Source of the DNA: an uncultured cyanobacterium
Lineage (GTDB): Bacteria > Cyanobacteriota > Cyanobacteriia > Cyanobacteriales > Cyanobacteriaceae
DNA: 64,000 nucleotides
Reading direction: 5' to 3'
NCBI GenBank assembly: GCA_963749915.1
Contig: CAVVOP010000021.1
Span: 384,001-448,000, forward strand
In this document: positions 21,542-32,190 of the stretch, piece after piece
Layout of the letters: every line of letters starts with the position of its first letter
Numbering within the stretch: position 1 is the first letter of the stretch
Made by a program: the position numbers and the translations under genes
Notes under the pieces: generated by a model
Seen by the model: only the letters and a program-made list of their open reading frames with translations
What the model was told of the DNA's origin: nothing
Databases searched by the model: none

Positions 21542-21819
21542 TTTGGTCTCCTAAGGCAGTAGAAGATGTAGAAGCGATCGCTGCTTATATTGCTAGGGAT
21601 TCACCGTCCTATGCAGCGGCGGTGGTACAAAGGGTGATCGAAATTACCGATAAATTATCAGAAGAGGCAAAACATGGCAGATTAATCCCTGAAATAGAAG
21701 AATCTACCATCATCGAGCAATTTGCCTATAGTTATCGCTTAATTTATCGCCTTGAATCGGGTACCGTTACCGTTGCGGCGCTAATTCACGGCAAAAGATT
21801 ACTATATTTAACGGATTAG
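21526..21819 (+). CDS. RelE/ParE-family toxin
   Basis: YRVVWSPKAVEDVEAIAAYIARDS...GRLIPE...YRLIYR...LIHGKR. Confidence 0.85.
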   Translation: MAYRVVWSPKAVEDVEAIAAYIARDSPSYAAAVVQRVIEITDKLSEEAKHGRLIPEIEESTIIEQFAYSYRLIYRLESGTVTVAALIHGKRLLYLTD

Positions 21820-21963
21820 CCCCTCAGTCCACACTTATCTCAAATGGGGTTGGGGGGCAAAATAAAATCTTTTTTCTTAACAAAACTTTACTTGTAGCAA
21901 GAAAATCAATCACATTTTCAGAGAGAAACTAGAATGAAAGTGGTTGTTCAAGAATAGAATTAA

Positions 21964-23493
21964 ATGTTGACACTACAAGAAAATCCTCTCAGAGTGGGTT
22001 TAAAACAAACTAAAACCCCAGAACCACTAATATTGGTGATATTTGGTGCATCAGGAGATTTAACCCAACGGAAATTAGTCCCTGCTTTATATCAATTGAA
22101 AAAAGAAGGGCGACTGCCGGCGGAAATGACTATTGTGGGGGTAGCCAGACGGGAATGGACCCATGACTATTTTCGGGAACAAATGAAGGAAGGAATCGAA
22201 GAATTTTCCGATGGTATCAGCAAGGAAGACTTATGGAAAGATTTTTCTGAAGGACTTTTTTACTGTGCCGGAAATATGGACGAGGCACAAAGCTACGAAA
22301 AATTAAAAGCACTTCTTGAAGAATTAGACGGCAAAAGAGGCACTAGAGGTAATCGAGTTTTTTATTTGGCAGTTTCCCCTAAATTTTTCCCCCCTGCTAT
22401 TAAACAATTAGGGGCGGCGGGGATGTTAGATGATTCTTTAAAACATCGTTTAGTCATTGAAAAGCCTTTTGGTAAAGATTTGAGCAGTGCACAAGTGTTA
22501 AACCGCATTGTCCAGAAAGTTTGTAAAGAAGAACAGGTATATCGCATTGACCATTATTTAGGGAAAGAAACAGTACAAAATTTAATGGTTTTTCGTTTTG
22601 CCAATGCCATTTTTGAGCCTTTATGGAATCGTAACTACGTTGATAATATTCAAATTACTGTAGCAGAAACCGTAGGGGTGGAAGAACGGGCAGGTTATTA
22701 CGAAAATGCAGGGGCATTAAGGGATATGGTACAAAATCACCTGTTACAACTCTTTTGTTTAACGGCGATGGAGGCCCCTAACGGAATAAATGCCGATAGT
22801 ATTCGGGGGGAAAAAGTCAAGGTTTTACAATCTGCTCGTTTAGCGGATTTGAAAAACTTGGAAAAAAGTGCCATTAGGGGACAATATTCTGCCGGATGGA
22901 TGAAAGGAAAACCGATTCCAGGTTATCGTGATGAAAAAGACGTAAATCCCAATTCTACAACCCCCACTTTTGTCGCCTTAAAGTTACTAGTTGATAATTG
23001 GCGTTGGCAGGGTGTACCCTTTTATTTACGAACAGGGAAACGGTTACCGAAAAAAGTTTCCGAGATTGCCATTCAATTCCGAGATGTGCCTTTAACTATT
23101 TTCCCTTCGGCGGCACAACAGACCAACCCCAATATTCTCGCCCTGCGTATTCAACCCAATGAGGGCATTTCTTTGCGATTTGAGGCGAAAGTACCCGGAT
23201 CTGAATTACGCACTCGTACAGTGGATATGGATTTTAGCTACGGTTCGTCTTTTGGCATAGCGACAGCAGATGCTTATCACCGTTTACTTTTGGATTGTAT
23301 GTTAGGGGATCAAACTTTATTCACCCGTGCCGATGAGGTAGAGGAAGCATGGCGCATTGTCGCCCCGGCTTTAACGGCTTGGGATGCACCCTCCGCACCA
23401 GATTCGATCCCATTTTATGAAGCAGGGACATGGCAACCCCCAGAGGCGGAATTTTTACTTAACCGTGACGGGCGAAGATGGCGCAGACTTTGA
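21964..23493 (+). CDS. zwf: Glucose-6-phosphate dehydrogenase
   Basis: [15 protein letters not shown]. Confidence 0.98.
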   Translation: MLTLQENPLRVGLKQTKTPEPLILVIFGASGDLTQRKLVPALYQLKKEGRLPAEMTIVGVARREWTHDYFREQMKEGIEEFSDGISKEDLWKDFSEGLFYCAGNMDEAQSYEKLKALLEELDGKRGTRGNRVFYLAVSPKFFPPAIKQLGAAGMLDDSLKHRLVIEKPFGKDLSSAQVLNRIVQKVCKEEQVYRIDHYLGKETVQNLMVFRFANAIFEPLWNRNYVDNIQITVAETVGVEERAGYYENAGALRDMVQNHLLQLFCLTAMEAPNGINADSIRGEKVKVLQSARLADLKNLEKSAIRGQYSAGWMKGKPIPGYRDEKDVNPNSTTPTFVALKLLVDNWRWQGVPFYLRTGKRLPKKVSEIAIQFRDVPLTIFPSAAQQTNPNILALRIQPNEGISLRFEAKVPGSELRTRTVDMDFSYGSSFGIATADAYHRLLLDCMLGDQTLFTRADEVEEAWRIVAPALTAWDAPSAPDSIPFYEAGTWQPPEAEFLLNRDGRRWRRL

Positions 23494-23599
23494 GACTTTG
23501 ATTTTGGTTTAGGAATAAATAAACTGCCTGTCTTCCTGTCCCACTTCCCCTTTTTTCCCCTTACCTTTATCTAATATTTTATTTATACACAAAAAAACC

Positions 23600-24964
23600 A
23601 TGACAACTACTCCTTTAGTTTCTTTACAAGCACCGAAAGATGTTGATTTAGACTACATCGATAGTGAATTAAGACAAATTTGGCAAACTTATACAGGTTC
23701 TGGTGATGGTTTAGCCGCCACGAGGGCTTCTACTTTTAGTTTTTTGGTATATGAACCAGAAGCTACTCAGCCACTACTTTCAGCTCTCGGTTTTTATACC
23801 GGCCCTGTGGATGGTATTGGCGGACCTCGTACTACTTCAGCCATAAAAGCGGCTCAAAAGGCCTATGGTTTAGATATTACTGGGCTTTCTTCTCCCGCAT
23901 TGTTAGCTAAACTGAGGACAGAATTTGAGGCTAAACAAGCCAAGGGTAAAATCCGTTTGGCAGAATTAGCCTCAGTAAAACACTATTCTCCTGATATGGA
24001 GGGTGCAGGAATGGCCGATGCCATCGCCGCTATCAATCCTTGTCGTATTATTACTTTGTCTCCGACTACGGAGGGAGATGAGGGGGTAAAAGCTCAAGTA
24101 TCAGCCTATTGCCCTGTTAATAAACGTTCTGCTAATGCTTTAATTTGTTGTGAGTACATCAACATTACGGGAGTTTCTTCTGCTTTTGAGCGCATTGGAG
24201 GGGTTATCTCTGAGTTGATGATTCCTGATTTACCTAAATTTATGTGGTGGAAAGCTGGTATTGATGAAGAATATTCTCTATTTCAACGATTAGTTAATGA
24301 ATGCGATCGCTTAATTGTCGATTCGAGTATTTTTGTTCAACCAGAAGCTGAGTTATTGAAAATAGGTAAATTATTAAATCGAGATTTACCCCTCACGGAC
24401 TTAAATTGGGCAAGATTATCCCCTTGGCAAGAGTTAACCGCCGAAGCATTTGATCCCCCTGAAAGACGTACTGCTATTTGGGAAGTAGATCAAGTTACCG
24501 TTGACTATGAAAAAGGCAATGTTACCCAAGCCTTAATGTATCTGGGTTGGTTAGCTAGTCGTTTAAATTGGCAACCCACTCAATACAGCTATGAAACCGG
24601 TGATTACAATATTACTAAAGTTAAGTTTCTTACCTCCGAAGGCAAAGAAATTAATACCGAGTTAGCCGGGGTACCGATGGCCGATTGGGGTGAAGTCTTA
24701 GGGGATTTAATCAGCTTAAAACTAACCTCTACTAACCTTAACGCCGATTGCTGCACTGTGCTATGTTCTGAGACGACAGGTTGTATGAGAATGGAGGCTG
24801 GAGGAGGTGCGCAAGCCTGTCGCATTCAACAAGTAACTTCTTTAGCGGATCAAGACACGGAACAATTGTTAAGCAAACAATTACAGAGTTCTGGTAAAGA
24901 TGTTCTCTATCAGGAAAGTATGAAAGTAACAACTCAAATCTTACAATTAGCAATGAACGATTGA
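23600..24964 (+). CDS. opcA: G6PDH assembly/allosteric protein OpcA
   Basis: Follows zwf; DLNWARLSPWQELTA; peptidoglycan-binding-like insert GPVDGIGGPRT. Confidence 0.93.
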   Translation: MTTTPLVSLQAPKDVDLDYIDSELRQIWQTYTGSGDGLAATRASTFSFLVYEPEATQPLLSALGFYTGPVDGIGGPRTTSAIKAAQKAYGLDITGLSSPALLAKLRTEFEAKQAKGKIRLAELASVKHYSPDMEGAGMADAIAAINPCRIITLSPTTEGDEGVKAQVSAYCPVNKRSANALICCEYINITGVSSAFERIGGVISELMIPDLPKFMWWKAGIDEEYSLFQRLVNECDRLIVDSSIFVQPEAELLKIGKLLNRDLPLTDLNWARLSPWQELTAEAFDPPERRTAIWEVDQVTVDYEKGNVTQALMYLGWLASRLNWQPTQYSYETGDYNITKVKFLTSEGKEINTELAGVPMADWGEVLGDLISLKLTSTNLNADCCTVLCSETTGCMRMEAGGGAQACRIQQVTSLADQDTEQLLSKQLQSSGKDVLYQESMKVTTQILQLAMND

Positions 24965-25074
24965 CAATGAACAATTATACTGACTAGAGTCATAATTTAA
25001 TTTTACAAAAAACTATTCCCTCCCAATTTCTTGCCTCTCCCGAAAGTACAACAATTATGAGTTAACAAAATTTC

Positions 25075-27957
25075 ATGACTATGACACAACTTTGGGGCGC
25101 GTTGTTAATTTTATTTGTCTGCCCTATTATTGGGGCAATACCCCTCATTGACTGGTTTACTTATGCCGTCTCCGGGAAACAATTAACAAAACTAGGCACA
25201 GGTAATATTTCCGTGTCGGCGGCTTTTTATCATGGAGGCAAATTGGCAGGAATTTTAGCGGTTTTGTCAGAGGCAGGAAAAGGCATTGCTGTAGTATTAT
25301 TGACAAGGAAGTTTTTTCCTGTCGCCTCAACATGGGAAATCGTCGCCATAATCGCATTAGTAATGGGGCGTTATTGGGTAGGAAAAGGTGCAGGGGCAAC
25401 CAACGTTACTTGGGGTATCATTACTCATAATCCGGTGGCGGCCTTGTTGATTTTTCTTATCGGTAGTGTTAGTTTTACCCTGTGGCGAGAAAAACAGACT
25501 GGAAGAGTCGGAATTTTAGTGTTGATGGTGGTTATTTTATCTGCTCAACGAATTAATGATTTAGAATATATATTTATGACTGTGGCGTTGGCTAGTTTGT
25601 TAATTGGCATTTATCAACGAATGCCTGACGATTTAGAATTACAACCCACGGGTGTCAATCCGGAGTCCGCAAAAATGTTTCGTTTTTTTCGGGGAGATCA
25701 TGGTATTGTCAGTTTAAATGAGTCTTTAAATCCTTCACAAGTAGGTGCTAAAGCAGCCAATTTATCTTTACTCAAAAAATGGGGTTATGATGTGCCTGAT
25801 GGTTGGGTTATCAAAGCCGGAGATGATATTGCTAAACTCACCCAATTTTTACACCCTTCTCCTAGTCGTCCTTTAGTAGTTCGCTCATCGGCATTAGATG
25901 AAGATTCCACTAATGCTTCGGCGGCCGGCATTTATGATAGTTTTTTAAACATTACCGATACTGTCACTTTACAACAGGCCATTGTTAATTGTCTTTCCTC
26001 CTATAATACGCTGACCGCTGTCAATTATCGCCAAAGTAAACAGCAATCCGATAAAGGTATCGCTGTTATTCTTCAACAACAAATTAACGGTATATTTTCA
26101 GGTGTCGCTTTTAGTAGAGATCCCGTTAATCAATTACAAGATTGTGTTTGTATAGAAACCGTTGCGGGGATGGGGTTACAATTGGTCTCAGGAGAAGTTA
26201 CCCCGACACAATATAAAGTTAACTTTCCCGATGAAACCTTAGAAGGAGAAGGGGAAATTCCCCCAGAGGTATTAATTACCATAGCCAAAATTGCCAGAGA
26301 AATTGAAAATATATGTAAGGGAATACCTCAAGATCTAGAATGGACTTATGATGGTGAAAAGATTTGGTTATTACAAACTCGTCCTATAACTACATTACAA
26401 CCTTTATGGACAAGAAAAATCGCTGCTGAAGTCATACCCGGAGTGATAAGACCATTAACATGGTCAATCAATAAACCTCTTACCTGTGGAATTTGGGGTG
26501 ACATTTTTACCATTGTATTAGGAAAAAGAGCCAGAAATGTGGATTTCAGTCAAACCGCAACTTTACACTATCATCGGGCTTATTTTAATGCGACCCTCTT
26601 GGGAGATATTTTTTTGTTAATGGGTTTACCCCCAGAAAGCCTAGAGTTTCTTACCCGTGGCAGTAAGTTTACCAAACCCCCTCTCATGGCAACGGTAAAA
26701 AATTCCCTCGGTTTATGCCGATTGTTACACAAAGAGTTAAAACTAGAAACAGATTTTATCCATGATAATGATAGGTGTTTTGCTCCTATTTTAGACGAAT
26801 TAAAAGACATTAATCCTGATCACTTATCCTTCCAAGAATTATTAAGTAGAATTAATGATATTTTGGAGAGTCTCAAAAAAGCTACGTATTATAGTATTTT
26901 TTCTACCCTTAGTTATGCTTTAAGACAGGGAATTTTAAAAGTTTCTCCCGATGATTTAGATAATGAAAATATCCCCGAAATTGCTTCTTTAAATGCTTTA
27001 AAAAAAATTGCTATTGATACCCGCAAAGTAATATATAACAGTGAATTGCAAACCTTCGATTCTGATAATTATGCTGCTTTTTTTGCCCATTTAGCTGAGT
27101 CTACCGAAGGAGAATCCGTCTTAAATTATCTCGAACAATGGTTAAAAGAATATGGTTATTTAAGTGAAGTTGCTACAGATATTTCTATACCCCGTTGGCG
27201 GGAAGATGCAAGGGAAATGAAGGTTATGTTTACTAAATTTATGGGAGACAGTCAAACTACTTCCATCGCTAAAAAGAAAGTCAGTAAGACTACCTGGCAG
27301 ATAAAAGCAGTACAAAAAAGACTAAATTTAAAAGGAAATGTAACTCGAATTTATTCCCAATTATTAGCAGAATTACGTTACAGTTTTTTGGCCTTAGAAA
27401 AGCAATGGTTACAGAAAAACATTTTAACTAATCAGGGAGATATATTCTTTTTAAACTTTGAAGAAATTACTAACTATATTCAACAAAAAAACCGAGATAT
27501 AAATATTATAGAATTAATTCAACAACGTCAATTTCAGTGGCAAGAAAGCAAAAAAATCACCTCAATTCCTTACTTAATTTATGGTAAAACACCTCAAATG
27601 AGTTTAATATCTAAATATACCCCCCTCTCAGCCTCCTCACGTTTTACCGGTATAGCAGCTAGTGCAGGAATTAGGGAAGGTAAAATCAAAATAGTTTCTA
27701 CTTTAGCACAAGCCAATAATATTAACCGTGATACGATCATTGTGGTACCCCATACTGATTCAGGTTGGACAACTATTATTGCCCAAGCAGGAGGGATCAT
27801 CGCTGAAGTGGGAGGAAAACTATCTCATGGTGCAATTATTGCTAGAGAGTACGAAATTCCGGCGGTAATGGACATTTTTCATGCGACAGAAATATTTTAT
27901 GATGGGCAATTAGTCCGGTTAAATGGTACTAAAGGCACTGTTGAAATTTTAAATTAG
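25075..27957 (+). CDS. PlsY-like membrane domain fused to PEP-utilising dikinase (ATP-grasp, central domain, His swivel)
   Basis: LGTGNISV and EAGKG transmembrane region; VGAKAANL, VRSSALDED, DLEWTYD..LLQTRPIT; GGKLSHGAIIAREY. Confidence 0.85.
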   Translation: MTMTQLWGALLILFVCPIIGAIPLIDWFTYAVSGKQLTKLGTGNISVSAAFYHGGKLAGILAVLSEAGKGIAVVLLTRKFFPVASTWEIVAIIALVMGRYWVGKGAGATNVTWGIITHNPVAALLIFLIGSVSFTLWREKQTGRVGILVLMVVILSAQRINDLEYIFMTVALASLLIGIYQRMPDDLELQPTGVNPESAKMFRFFRGDHGIVSLNESLNPSQVGAKAANLSLLKKWGYDVPDGWVIKAGDDIAKLTQFLHPSPSRPLVVRSSALDEDSTNASAAGIYDSFLNITDTVTLQQAIVNCLSSYNTLTAVNYRQSKQQSDKGIAVILQQQINGIFSGVAFSRDPVNQLQDCVCIETVAGMGLQLVSGEVTPTQYKVNFPDETLEGEGEIPPEVLITIAKIAREIENICKGIPQDLEWTYDGEKIWLLQTRPITTLQPLWTRKIAAEVIPGVIRPLTWSINKPLTCGIWGDIFTIVLGKRARNVDFSQTATLHYHRAYFNATLLGDIFLLMGLPPESLEFLTRGSKFTKPPLMATVKNSLGLCRLLHKELKLETDFIHDNDRCFAPILDELKDINPDHLSFQELLSRINDILESLKKATYYSIFSTLSYALRQGILKVSPDDLDNENIPEIASLNALKKIAIDTRKVIYNSELQTFDSDNYAAFFAHLAESTEGESVLNYLEQWLKEYGYLSEVATDISIPRWREDAREMKVMFTKFMGDSQTTSIAKKKVSKTTWQIKAVQKRLNLKGNVTRIYSQLLAELRYSFLALEKQWLQKNILTNQGDIFFLNFEEITNYIQQKNRDINIIELIQQRQFQWQESKKITSIPYLIYGKTPQMSLISKYTPLSASSRFTGIAASAGIREGKIKIVSTLAQANNINRDTIIVVPHTDSGWTTIIAQAGGIIAEVGGKLSHGAIIAREYEIPAVMDIFHATEIFYDGQLVRLNGTKGTVEILN

Positions 27958-28044
27958 TATCGCCATTAACAATTAACAATTAACAGTTAATTTATATTTT
28001 TTTATTTATATGCAATACTATAGATTTGACTGAAATGTTAACTT

Positions 28045-28557
28045 ATGAATAAAAGTAATTTTTGTCAATATTTTTTAGTGGTTTTTTTTATAAGTTTTTT
28101 TTCTTTTACTTATAAAAATTATGTTTACAGTCAAGAAATTATCAAAGTAATGAACCCTGACAATCAACATCAATACTTTTTAATATCGAAAATGTCATGG
28201 CAAGAAGCTCAAAATTTAGCAAAAAAAATGGGAGGTAATTTAGTTACTATTAACGATGAAAAAGAGAATCAGTGGTTAGTAGAAACTTTTATTAAACCTG
28301 ACACGAATTTTCTTTGGATTGGCATTCATGATCAAGAAAATGAAGGGGAGTTTATTTGGGTTAGCGGTGAAAAATCAGATTACTGTAATTGGGCTGAAGG
28401 TGAGCCGAATAATAATCCAGAGCAAGGAGGAGAGGACTTCGGAGTTTTAAATGGTTACGCTAATCCTTTTAATCGTCCTGTGGGTACTTGGAGCGATGCG
28501 CCTTTTAATGTTAAACTCGAAGCTATAGTGGAGGTTCCTTTGCTAATTTCGCCTTAA
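28045..28557 (+). CDS. Secreted C-type lectin domain protein
   Basis: SWQEAQ..GGNLVTINDEKEN, WIG, NWAEGEPNN, WSD. Confidence 0.85.
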   Translation: MNKSNFCQYFLVVFFISFFSFTYKNYVYSQEIIKVMNPDNQHQYFLISKMSWQEAQNLAKKMGGNLVTINDEKENQWLVETFIKPDTNFLWIGIHDQENEGEFIWVSGEKSDYCNWAEGEPNNNPEQGGEDFGVLNGYANPFNRPVGTWSDAPFNVKLEAIVEVPLLISP

Positions 28558-28606
28558 ATATTAAAGTAATTTACGATCGCTATATTCTGAATCATCCAAT
28601 TATCAT

Positions 28607-29230
28607 CTAATTGGAGTTACCTTTTCTCAATTGCTGATGAAGATGGGCAAGATACCACATATAATCATTTATTTTATAATCCATCGCCTTATTCATATAA
28701 AAAGTCGAATGTTTGTGATCCTTTTCGGCCTCATAATATAAACCAAGATAAAGATTAATATAAAATAAATCTCGAACGTCACGGGTATTAATGGTTTGTA
28801 AAAGACCTTCTGCGGACAATTTCCCTGCAAATAGACGATATATTTGACGCATAAATAAAGGGAAATCATTGTGAATAGGCAATAAACACCCCCTTGCGGA
28901 AGACGCATTTTCTAATTGAGCGACACAAAGATAGTGCCAAAGAGTTTCTTCCACATCCTGAGAATTGACACTCAAATCCAATTCAAATTGTCTTGCACCC
29001 TTAGCATATTTTCCTAAATAATAGTAAGTAATGCCCCTCTGCCACAGATAAGGGGTTAGTTGTGGATTTAATTCCTCTGCCTTGTTAAAATCTTGTAAAG
29101 ATGCGTTGAGTTGCCCTAATTTAAAGTATGTCATTCCCCTATAAATATAAATTCTAGGATCAAAAGGATATATTTTTAATCGTTGATCACACCTACTTAA
29201 ATCTGCCTCTAAAACAATTAGCTCGATCAT
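28607..29230 (-). CDS. TPR protein (NlpI-like)
   Basis: YIYRGMTYFKLG...DFNKAEELNP...WQRGITYYYLG; start uncertain. Confidence 0.8.
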   Translation of the reverse strand: MIELIVLEADLSRCDQRLKIYPFDPRIYIYRGMTYFKLGQLNASLQDFNKAEELNPQLTPYLWQRGITYYYLGKYAKGARQFELDLSVNSQDVEETLWHYLCVAQLENASSARGCLLPIHNDFPLFMRQIYRLFAGKLSAEGLLQTINTRDVRDLFYINLYLGLYYEAEKDHKHSTFYMNKAMDYKINDYMWYLAHLHQQLRKGNSN

Positions 29231-29569
29231 AAAATTTAAATTTAAGGATGAAAAAGAAAATCTTAATCGTCTTCTCAATATAGATTAAGACCAAAAATAT
29301 CAGGAGAGAACAAAAAAATCAGCATACATTGACAATCTGTGTTATGTTCGGCAAGTATTTTGACTTATTTAAAAAATTACTTATGAATAAATACGTAGAT
29401 AAATAAGGGACGTCAATCATTTTAAAATAGTCTGAAAAATCTTTTTTAGAATCAATTATTAGTTGACTGATAATAAAAAGGAAAATGCTGGTATGATTTA
29501 CAAAAAGCAGTATATCATTAAAACAAATTTATAGTTACTACTTATTTGGTGTGCAAGGAGAATATACAA

Positions 29570-31024
29570 ATGAAAGAAATAGATTTAAGCGGAAAGCCGT
29601 TTCATTTTATCGGCATTGGTGGCATTGGAATGTCTGCCTTAGCCTACATTTTAGCCAAAAGACACTTACCTGTATCCGGTTCTGATCTTCGTACTACTCA
29701 CATAACTGAACGTTTAGAATCCTTAGGGGCTCAAATTTTTACCAGTCAAACAGCCGAAAATCTCAAAAAGATAGGGCAATGTCATTCTGGTCCGAGTCTC
29801 CTGGTCCATGGCACGAGAAAAAATAGTAGCCATCAAGCTCAAGTCATTTGTTCTACCGCCATTCATAATAATAATTCTGAATATCAAGGGGCTATCGATC
29901 AAGGTTATCCCGTTTATCACCGATCAGATCTATTAGCGGCGTTGATTAAAGATTATCAGAGTATCGCCGTTGCCGGAACTCATGGTAAAACAACCACTAG
30001 TAGTTTAATAGCTTATATGTTGTTAGAGTGTGGTTTAGATCCCACCGTTATTATCGGGGGAGAAGTCCCAGCATGGGAAGGAAACGCCCGTTTAGGTAAT
30101 GGCCCTTATCTGGTTGCGGAAGCCGATGAGTCGGACGGATCTTTAGTGAAACATCGCCCTCAATTTGGTATCATCACTAATATAGAACTGGACCACCCTG
30201 ATCATTATGAATCTTTAGAACAATTAGTTCATATTTTCCAAGAATTTTGCACTCAATCTAATACCGTTATTGCTTGTATCGATTGCCCTGTAGTTAGGGA
30301 AAACATCAAGGCTAGTCTCACCTATAGTTTAAATCCCGACACCAACGCTAACTATATCGCTAAAAATTTAGTTCATACTCCCTACGGTAGTCAAGGAGAA
30401 ATTTGGGAGAATGGTCATTTCTTAGGTAATATTTCCCTACTATTATCAGGGGATCATAACGTTAGTAATGCTTTAGCCGCGATCGCCTTAGGACGCAAAT
30501 TGGGGTTAGAATTTAAGACCATCGCCCAAGCCTTAAGTACTTTTGAAGGGGCAAAAAGGAGATTTGAGTATAAAGGAACTTATCAAGGAAGCACTTTAAT
30601 CGATGATTATGCTCATCATCCTAGCGAAATCCGTTGTACATTACAAGGTGCGAGAACAAGATTACCTCAATATAAGGCCAAAAGATTGGTAGCAATTTTC
30701 CAACCTCATCGCTACAGTCGCACAGCCACATTTTTGGAAGAATTTGCCCAATGTTTTAGTGAAGCAGACGTGGTAATCTTAACAGATATTTATAGTGCAG
30801 GGGAACAAAACAACACTGGCATAGATGGCAAGAAAGTCGCCGCCACCCTTAAAAAATATCACCCCAAAGTATTTTATCACCCTCACCTTTCAACCATAAC
30901 CGAATTTTTAGCCGACTTTTTACAACCCCAAGACTTAACTCTATTTTTAGGTGCTGGAAATCTTAATCAAATCATACCCCAACTATTAAAACTCAGTCAG
31001 GAATCTTTAGCACAAGCCGCGTAA
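29570..31024 (+). CDS. murC: UDP-N-acetylmuramate--L-alanine ligase
   Basis: HFIGIGGIGMS, GTHGKTTT, EADESD, DDYAHHP; AGGAG before ATG 29570. Confidence 0.97.
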   Translation: MKEIDLSGKPFHFIGIGGIGMSALAYILAKRHLPVSGSDLRTTHITERLESLGAQIFTSQTAENLKKIGQCHSGPSLLVHGTRKNSSHQAQVICSTAIHNNNSEYQGAIDQGYPVYHRSDLLAALIKDYQSIAVAGTHGKTTTSSLIAYMLLECGLDPTVIIGGEVPAWEGNARLGNGPYLVAEADESDGSLVKHRPQFGIITNIELDHPDHYESLEQLVHIFQEFCTQSNTVIACIDCPVVRENIKASLTYSLNPDTNANYIAKNLVHTPYGSQGEIWENGHFLGNISLLLSGDHNVSNALAAIALGRKLGLEFKTIAQALSTFEGAKRRFEYKGTYQGSTLIDDYAHHPSEIRCTLQGARTRLPQYKAKRLVAIFQPHRYSRTATFLEEFAQCFSEADVVILTDIYSAGEQNNTGIDGKKVAATLKKYHPKVFYHPHLSTITEFLADFLQPQDLTLFLGAGNLNQIIPQLLKLSQESLAQAA

Positions 31025-31136
31025 GCAATTAATAATTGACAATTGACAATTGATAACGTGAGGGCGAATGGCATTCTCCAAATAATATCTATTGCCCATT
31101 CCCTGTTATTACTTCTTTGTGATGGAGTGAAATATT

Positions 31137-32066
31137 ATGAAATCTATGCAAACAGACTCGTTAAAAACCCCTATATCCTTGCCCGGCAGTGAATGTCTTA
31201 TCCATCATTCCGTGCCTTTATCTCAATATACTTCTTATCGAGTAGGGGGTAATGCTCAATGGTATGTAGAACCACAGACATGGGACGATATTCAAGCCCT
31301 CTTTGAGTGGGTAGAAAACCAACGAATACCCTTCACTTGTTTGGGTGCTGGTTCAAATTTACTAATAAGTGACGAAGGTATTTCAGGATTGGTCTTGAAT
31401 ACCCGTTATTTCAAAGACTATGCCATAGACGAGGAAAATAATATTGTCACCGTCGGTGCAGGATATTCATTACCAAAACTAGCATGGAAAGCCGCAAAAA
31501 AAGGATGGCAAGGCTTAGATTGGGCGGTGGGCATCCCCGGCACTGTGGGGGGCGCCGTTGTCATGAATGCAGGGGCACATAATAGTTGTATTAGTGATAT
31601 TTTACTCAATGCGGTGGTGGCCTATGGCGATGGTAGTATCAAGATATTGTCACGCACTGACTTAAATTATGCTTATCGTTCATCAAAATTACAAGATCAA
31701 CAAGCATTAGTCTTAAAAGCCAGTTTAGCCTTAAAATCTGGCATGTCAAGGGAAGAAATGCTAAAAATCACCACCGATAACTTTAGAATGCGCAAAAATA
31801 CTCAACCCTATGATAAACCCAGTTGTGGCAGTGTCTTCCGTAATCCTCAACCCAAGACAGCGGGATGGTTGATTGAGCAAGTTGGCTTGAAAGGTTATCA
31901 AATTGGCGGTGCACAGGTTGCCCATCGTCATGCTAATTTCATCATTAATTCTGGTAATGCCACGGCTAAAGATATTTTTAGTTTAATTAATCATGTGCAA
32001 GAAGAAGTGGAGAAAAAATGGTCAATTTTGTTACATCCTGAAGTTAAATTATTAGGACAATTTTAA
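31137..32066 (+). CDS. murB: UDP-N-acetylmuramate dehydrogenase
   Basis: GAGSNLL, GIPGTVGGAVVMNAGA, GSVFRNP, HANFIIN. Confidence 0.97.
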   Translation: MKSMQTDSLKTPISLPGSECLIHHSVPLSQYTSYRVGGNAQWYVEPQTWDDIQALFEWVENQRIPFTCLGAGSNLLISDEGISGLVLNTRYFKDYAIDEENNIVTVGAGYSLPKLAWKAAKKGWQGLDWAVGIPGTVGGAVVMNAGAHNSCISDILLNAVVAYGDGSIKILSRTDLNYAYRSSKLQDQQALVLKASLALKSGMSREEMLKITTDNFRMRKNTQPYDKPSCGSVFRNPQPKTAGWLIEQVGLKGYQIGGAQVAHRHANFIINSGNATAKDIFSLINHVQEEVEKKWSILLHPEVKLLGQF

Positions 32067-32190
32067 ATAATTTTGGCTCTTCCAGACTAGTGGTAGACTA
32101 GTTATGATAAAAGCAGAGGGCAATAGGCAATAGTAATTCGTTATTCTATTTTTCCCAATTACAAGTAACTTGCCTACTATTTCCCAAAAT

